This document shows positions 59,677 to 64,000 of a stretch of 64,000 nucleotides of DNA, piece by piece. The notes beneath the pieces are model-generated. The model saw only the letters and a program-made list of their open reading frames with translations. It had not been told where the DNA came from and ran no database searches. This DNA comes from Alphaproteobacteria bacterium (GTDB taxonomy: Bacteria > Pseudomonadota > Alphaproteobacteria > UBA828). The stretch's first letter is position 1. Each line of letters starts with the position of its first letter. The stretch is taken from NCBI GenBank assembly GCA_965214705.1, contig CBDCCI010000001.1:224001-288000 (forward strand), read 5' to 3'. Made by a program: the position numbers and the translations under genes.

Positions 59677-60801
59677 ATGCCTCGCTACCAGCGTTACCTG
59701 TTGCGCCAGCTTATAGCCCCGTTCCTGCTCGTAACGGTGGGGCTCACAGCGGTCGTCTGGCTATCGCAGTCGCTGCGCATCATCGACCTGATCGTCAACA
59801 AGGGTCTGTCGTTCAGCGCCTTCCTGCTGATGAGCATGCTGGTGCTGCCCACATTCCTGAGCGCGATCCTGCCGATCGCATTCTTCTGTGCGCTGCTCTT
59901 CGTTTACAACAAGCTCACGATCGACAGCGAGCTGGTCAGCCTGCGCGCGGCCGGCGTGAGTCAGTGGTCGCTGGCGAAGCCCGCGCTCGTGATGGCCACG
60001 ATTGTCGTCGTCATCTCCTACGCGATCATCATGTACGTGATGCCGGTCAGCTACAGGGAGTTCAAGGAGCGGCAGTTCGTCCTGCGCAGCGATCACTCGG
60101 CGCTTCTCCTGGAGGAGGGTACCTTCAACACGCTGACCGAGGGCGTCACCGTCTACATCCGCGGGCGTGAGGGCGGCACGCTCAACGGTATCCTCGTGCA
60201 CGACGCCCGGGAACAGGAACGGCCGGTCACGATGATGGCCGAGCAGGGCATTCTGGTGCAGACCGATGAGGGACCGCGCTTCATCCTGATCAACGGCCAC
60301 CGACAACGGATCGACCGGGACTCGTCGAAACTCTCGTTGCTCAATTTCGAACGCTACACAATCGACTTGGGTGATTTCATCCAACCCGGAGGCACGCGCT
60401 GGCACGGGCCGCGAGAGCGGTTTATCGACGAGCTCCTCGACCCCGCAAGCGAGGGGGCGGAGCGGCTGCGGGGCAAGTTCCTCTCCGAAGCGCACAACCG
60501 CATCGTTTCGCCGCTGTTCGGCTATGCTCTTGCCGCCATCGGGCTCGCAGCGCTGCTCTCCGGCAACGTCGACCGGCGCGGCCAGTGGCGCCGCATCCTC
60601 GTGGCGATTGCAGCAGGGGTCATGCTCGAGGCTGTGGCCCTCTTCCTAGTCAACGCGACCGCCAAGAACAGCAGCCTCATCCCACTCATGTATCTCAACC
60701 CCGTCCTCATGATCGCCGCGGCGATGGTCGTGCTTCGCCACCGCTTACCGCGCTTCCTCGGTGGCCGCACTGCGGCGGCTGAGCCGGGCGCACGCGGGTA
60801 G
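59677..60801 (+). CDS. lptF: LPS export ABC permease LptF
   Basis: WLSQSLR, DSELVSLRAAGVS, EGTFN; first gene of lptF-lptG-lptD. Confidence 0.92.
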   Translation: MPRYQRYLLRQLIAPFLLVTVGLTAVVWLSQSLRIIDLIVNKGLSFSAFLLMSMLVLPTFLSAILPIAFFCALLFVYNKLTIDSELVSLRAAGVSQWSLAKPALVMATIVVVISYAIIMYVMPVSYREFKERQFVLRSDHSALLLEEGTFNTLTEGVTVYIRGREGGTLNGILVHDAREQERPVTMMAEQGILVQTDEGPRFILINGHRQRIDRDSSKLSLLNFERYTIDLGDFIQPGGTRWHGPRERFIDELLDPASEGAERLRGKFLSEAHNRIVSPLFGYALAAIGLAALLSGNVDRRGQWRRILVAIAAGVMLEAVALFLVNATAKNSSLIPLMYLNPVLMIAAAMVVLRHRLPRFLGGRTAAAEPGARG

Positions 60802-60813
60802 GAGCCACGGCCG

Positions 60814-61908
60814 GTGCGTCTCTCCTCCACCCTCTCGCTCTACATGGGCAGGCAATACCTGCAGAGCGTCGCGCTTGTGTTCCTGCTCGTCATGTTGACC
60901 ATCCTCATTGCCGATACCATCGAGCTGCTGCGCCGCGCCTCCGGGCCGGACAAGACAGCGACCATCGAAACCGTGCTCCAGATGGCCTCGCTGCACATCC
61001 CCTTCATGGCGCAGAAGGCGCTGCCCTTTATCGTGCTCGTCGGCGGTATCGTGACCTTCGCGAAGATGACGCGGAGCCGCGAGCTGGTGGTGGCGCGGGC
61101 GGCGGGCGTCTCGGTCTGGCAATTCCTGCTGCCTGCGCTGGTCATCGCGGCACTGCTGGGCGGCCTCTTCATGACCGTCGTCAACCCGCTGGCCTCCGCC
61201 ACGACGGCGCGATTCGAACAGATGGACGTGACCCACTTGCGCGGTAAGTCGAGCCTCATGGAGCTTTCCAAGTCCGGCATCTGGCTCAGGCAGGGCGATT
61301 CGGAGAGCCAATCGGTGGTACACGCCGCGCGCATCGATCAGGAGACGATGACGCTCTACGACACGATTATTTTCCATTACGCGAAGGAGGATCAATTCAT
61401 TGGACGGATCGACGCCGCCGAGGCCCGGCTGGAAGACGGGTATTGGAACCTGCAGGATGCTCTCTTCAGCGCGCCGGACGAGCCGGCCCGACATCGGGCG
61501 AACGCTCGCGTGCCGACCGACCTCACCCTGGAGCGCATCCAGAACAGCTTCTCGCCGCCGGAGACCCTGTCCTTCTGGGCGTTGCCCGGTTTCATCAAGG
61601 TGTTGGACGAGTCCGGCTTCTCTTCGGTGAAGCACCGCCTGCACTGGCACTCGCTTCTCTCTGTCCCCCTCCTCCTTTGTGCGATGGTTCTGATCGCAGC
61701 GACCTTTTCGCTCCGTTTCACGCGGCGGGGCACCTGGGTGCTGGTCCTGGCCGGATTGCTCACTGGCTTTCTCCTCTATTTCATCTCGGACTTGGTGCTC
61801 GCCCTTGGCCTTTCCGGCAAGCTGCCACCGGTGCTCGCTGCGTGGACCCCGGCGGGCATTTTCACGTTGCTCGGCGTCGCGGGCCTGTTCCATCTCGAGG
61901 ACGGATAG
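60814..61908 (+). CDS. lptG: LPS export ABC permease LptG
   Basis: ELVVARAAGVSVWQFL, WLRQ, LAAWTP, HLEDG. Confidence 0.93.
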   Translation: MRLSSTLSLYMGRQYLQSVALVFLLVMLTILIADTIELLRRASGPDKTATIETVLQMASLHIPFMAQKALPFIVLVGGIVTFAKMTRSRELVVARAAGVSVWQFLLPALVIAALLGGLFMTVVNPLASATTARFEQMDVTHLRGKSSLMELSKSGIWLRQGDSESQSVVHAARIDQETMTLYDTIIFHYAKEDQFIGRIDAAEARLEDGYWNLQDALFSAPDEPARHRANARVPTDLTLERIQNSFSPPETLSFWALPGFIKVLDESGFSSVKHRLHWHSLLSVPLLLCAMVLIAATFSLRFTRRGTWVLVLAGLLTGFLLYFISDLVLALGLSGKLPPVLAAWTPAGIFTLLGVAGLFHLEDG

Positions 61909-61918
61909 CGGCGACATC

Positions 61919-64000
61919 ATGAAGGCCCTCGCGCCGCTCGTTTTCGCGTGTCTTCTGGCCCTCTCGTCGCTGGAAGCGCGAGCACAGCAGACGGACGCCG
62001 CGCCCGATCTCGGCGACCTGCTGACAGGCGATCTTCTGATGACCGCCGACGAGCTGACCTACGACCAGGCCACCGACACGGTCATCGCCTCCGGCAACGT
62101 CGAGGTCGCACAGGGTGGGCGGGTGCTGCGTGCCGACAGCATCCACTACCGGCGCCGCGACGATGTGGTGACCGCATCGGGCGATGTCGCCATGCGGGAG
62201 CCGACCGGCGAGGTGCTATTTGCCGAGTCCGTCGCGCTTACGGGCGACTTAAGGACTGGCGTGATCCACCGGCTGAGCGTCCTCATGACGGACCAGTCGC
62301 GGCTCGTTGCGAGCGGCGCCAGACGCATCGACGGTACCCGCACGGTGATGCGGAAGGCGGTGTATTCACCGTGCGCGCTATGCCCGGACGATCCCGCCCC
62401 GGCGCCGCTTTGGCAACTCAGGGCGGCGCGCGTTGTCCACGATCAAGTGGAGCGCTCCATCACCTATCGCGATGCATCGCTCGAGTTCCTTGGCTTGCCG
62501 ATCTTGTACACGCCCTATTTCCGCCATCCCGATCCGAGCGTGGTGCGCCAAAGCGGTTTCCTGACCCCGTCTTACAGCAGTTCCACAGCCTTGGGCGCCG
62601 AGGTGACCATTCCCTACTACTGGTCCCTCGCGCCTTACCAGGATGTGACCTTTTCGCCCCGGTTCACCTCTGAGGAAGGGGTCGTGCTGGCCGGCGAGTA
62701 TCGCAAGCGCGCGCGGGATGGTCAGTTCGAGATCGACGCGAGCATCACGCGTGCCCTCACCGCCGACGAGGATGGCAACAGGATTCGGGGGCACGTCTTC
62801 GGCCATGGTCTCTTCGACATTGATGAGACCTGGCGATGGGGTTTCGACCTCGAGCGCGCCCTCGACGACACCTATCTGCGCCGCTACGGCATCTCGTCGA
62901 AAGACGACTTGGTCACCACCCTCTTCGCGGAACGGTTCCACCAGCGCAGCTACATGTCGGGCGCGGGCTACCTGTTCCAGGACCTCCGGGCCGGCGAGCA
63001 GGGGGACCAGAGTCCCATCGTACTCCCCCTGCTCGATGCGCACCTGGTGAGTGCGCCCGACTATGCCGGCGGCTACACCACGCTCGACGCCAATCTCATG
63101 ATCCTAGAGCGCCTGGACGGAATCGACTCGCGGCGGCTCTCGATTGCCGGCGGCTGGCACCGGCCGATGATCATGCCGGGCGGCCATCTCTTCCGCATCG
63201 ATGCGAGCCTGCGAGGCGACCTCTATCACGCCTACACGCCGGCCGACCGAGGAGAACCCTACGGCGTGATGAGGAGCGAAACGGCGGGACGGTTCTTACC
63301 CGAACTCGCCGTCGAATGGCGCTATCCGCTCATCACACGGATCGGCTCCCTGCGGCAGCTCATCGAACCGATCGTGCAGGGCGTCATCAGCCCCGATGGC
63401 GGCAATCCCCACAAGATCCCCAACGAGGACAGCCGGGATCTTGAGTTCGATCACACCAATCTGTTCAGCACCAACCGCCACACTGGCCTCGACCGCATCG
63501 AGACCGGGCCGCGTGTCAATTACGGCGTGCGCCTCGGCTCTTACGGCCCCGGCGGGGGCCGGGCGACCGCATTGATCGGGCAGAGCGCACGGGCAAAGGA
63601 CGATTCGCCGTTCGAGCCAGGCAGTGGCCTCGAAGATCGGATGTCCGACTACGTCGGCCGCATCCACGTGCAGCCGTCGCCTTGGCTCGATTTTTCCCTG
63701 CGGTTCCGTCTCGACCACCGTGACTTCACTGTCAGACGCAACGAAATCGACCTTGCCGCCGGTCCGGAATGGCTGCGCGCCCGGCTTGGCTTCGCCGATG
63801 TAGCCCGGCCGCCGGAAAGCGTGATTGGGAACTTCGTCGGGGGTAGAGAGGGGCTCATGGAGTTGATTGCGAGTCCCTGGGACAACTGGACCCTCTCCGC
63901 CGGGGCCCGCCGCGACCTGGAGGATAACGCTTCCATTAACTGGAATGTGGGTCTTTTCTATGAAGATGAATGTATCGTCATCGGCACGAGTGTATCGCGC
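61919..64000 (+). CDS. lptD: LPS assembly protein LptD, 5' part (runs off the window)
   Basis: Manual translation from ATG 61919: ADELTYD, ASGNVEV, YSPCALC, HPDPSVVRQSGFL, IPNEDS, YEDEC. Not in the ORF track. Confidence 0.93.
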   Translation, partial: MKALAPLVFACLLALSSLEARAQQTDAAPDLGDLLTGDLLMTADELTYDQATDTVIASGNVEVAQGGRVLRADSIHYRRRDDVVTASGDVAMREPTGEVLFAESVALTGDLRTGVIHRLSVLMTDQSRLVASGARRIDGTRTVMRKAVYSPCALCPDDPAPAPLWQLRAARVVHDQVERSITYRDASLEFLGLPILYTPYFRHPDPSVVRQSGFLTPSYSSSTALGAEVTIPYYWSLAPYQDVTFSPRFTSEEGVVLAGEYRKRARDGQFEIDASITRALTADEDGNRIRGHVFGHGLFDIDETWRWGFDLERALDDTYLRRYGISSKDDLVTTLFAERFHQRSYMSGAGYLFQDLRAGEQGDQSPIVLPLLDAHLVSAPDYAGGYTTLDANLMILERLDGIDSRRLSIAGGWHRPMIMPGGHLFRIDASLRGDLYHAYTPADRGEPYGVMRSETAGRFLPELAVEWRYPLITRIGSLRQLIEPIVQGVISPDGGNPHKIPNEDSRDLEFDHTNLFSTNRHTGLDRIETGPRVNYGVRLGSYGPGGGRATALIGQSARAKDDSPFEPGSGLEDRMSDYVGRIHVQPSPWLDFSLRFRLDHRDFTVRRNEIDLAAGPEWLRARLGFADVARPPESVIGNFVGGREGLMELIASPWDNWTLSAGARRDLEDNASINWNVGLFYEDECIVIGTSVSR

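Noticed and set aside
1-64000. CRISPR arrays, IS elements, prophage genes, tandem repeats
   Set aside because: No regularly spaced direct repeats, transposase, integrase or phage structural motifs were seen on reading; short dispersed repeats could have been missed without a self-alignment.

Overview
High-GC alphaproteobacterial chromosome segment, probably from a Rhodospirillales/Kiloniellales-like lineage (inferred from gene order and protein types). It is mostly core genes: yejAB, ftsY-mtaB-dapF, tkt-gap-pgk-fbaB, kdsB/cycM, rsmB-rpe-heparinase II/III-like, cspA, an RND pump with nfi, ccmDEFGHI, holA-lptE-leuS, tRNA-Cys and lptFGD. Small catabolic or transport loci are interspersed: a variant Amt channel with a small membrane partner, a CUT1-type ABC importer next to an intradiol dioxygenase, and a carbamoylsarcosine amidase with two amidases. 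I see no integrase, transposase, prophage, CRISPR array or recognisable defence system. The best leads are (i) an intact mini-protein resembling the N-terminal half of a class II aldolase, placed between pgk and a class I aldolase, (ii) a TAXI solute-binding protein with one lobe excised in frame, (iii) an Amt paralogue with a remodelled substrate site, no adjacent glnK and a small partner ORF, (iv) an ABC ATPase pair whose degenerate motifs all fall on one ATP site, and (v) a 38-bp scar of a deleted PIN toxin beside an intact DUF433 antitoxin. All family calls and alignments were made by eye from remembered motifs; no searches were run.
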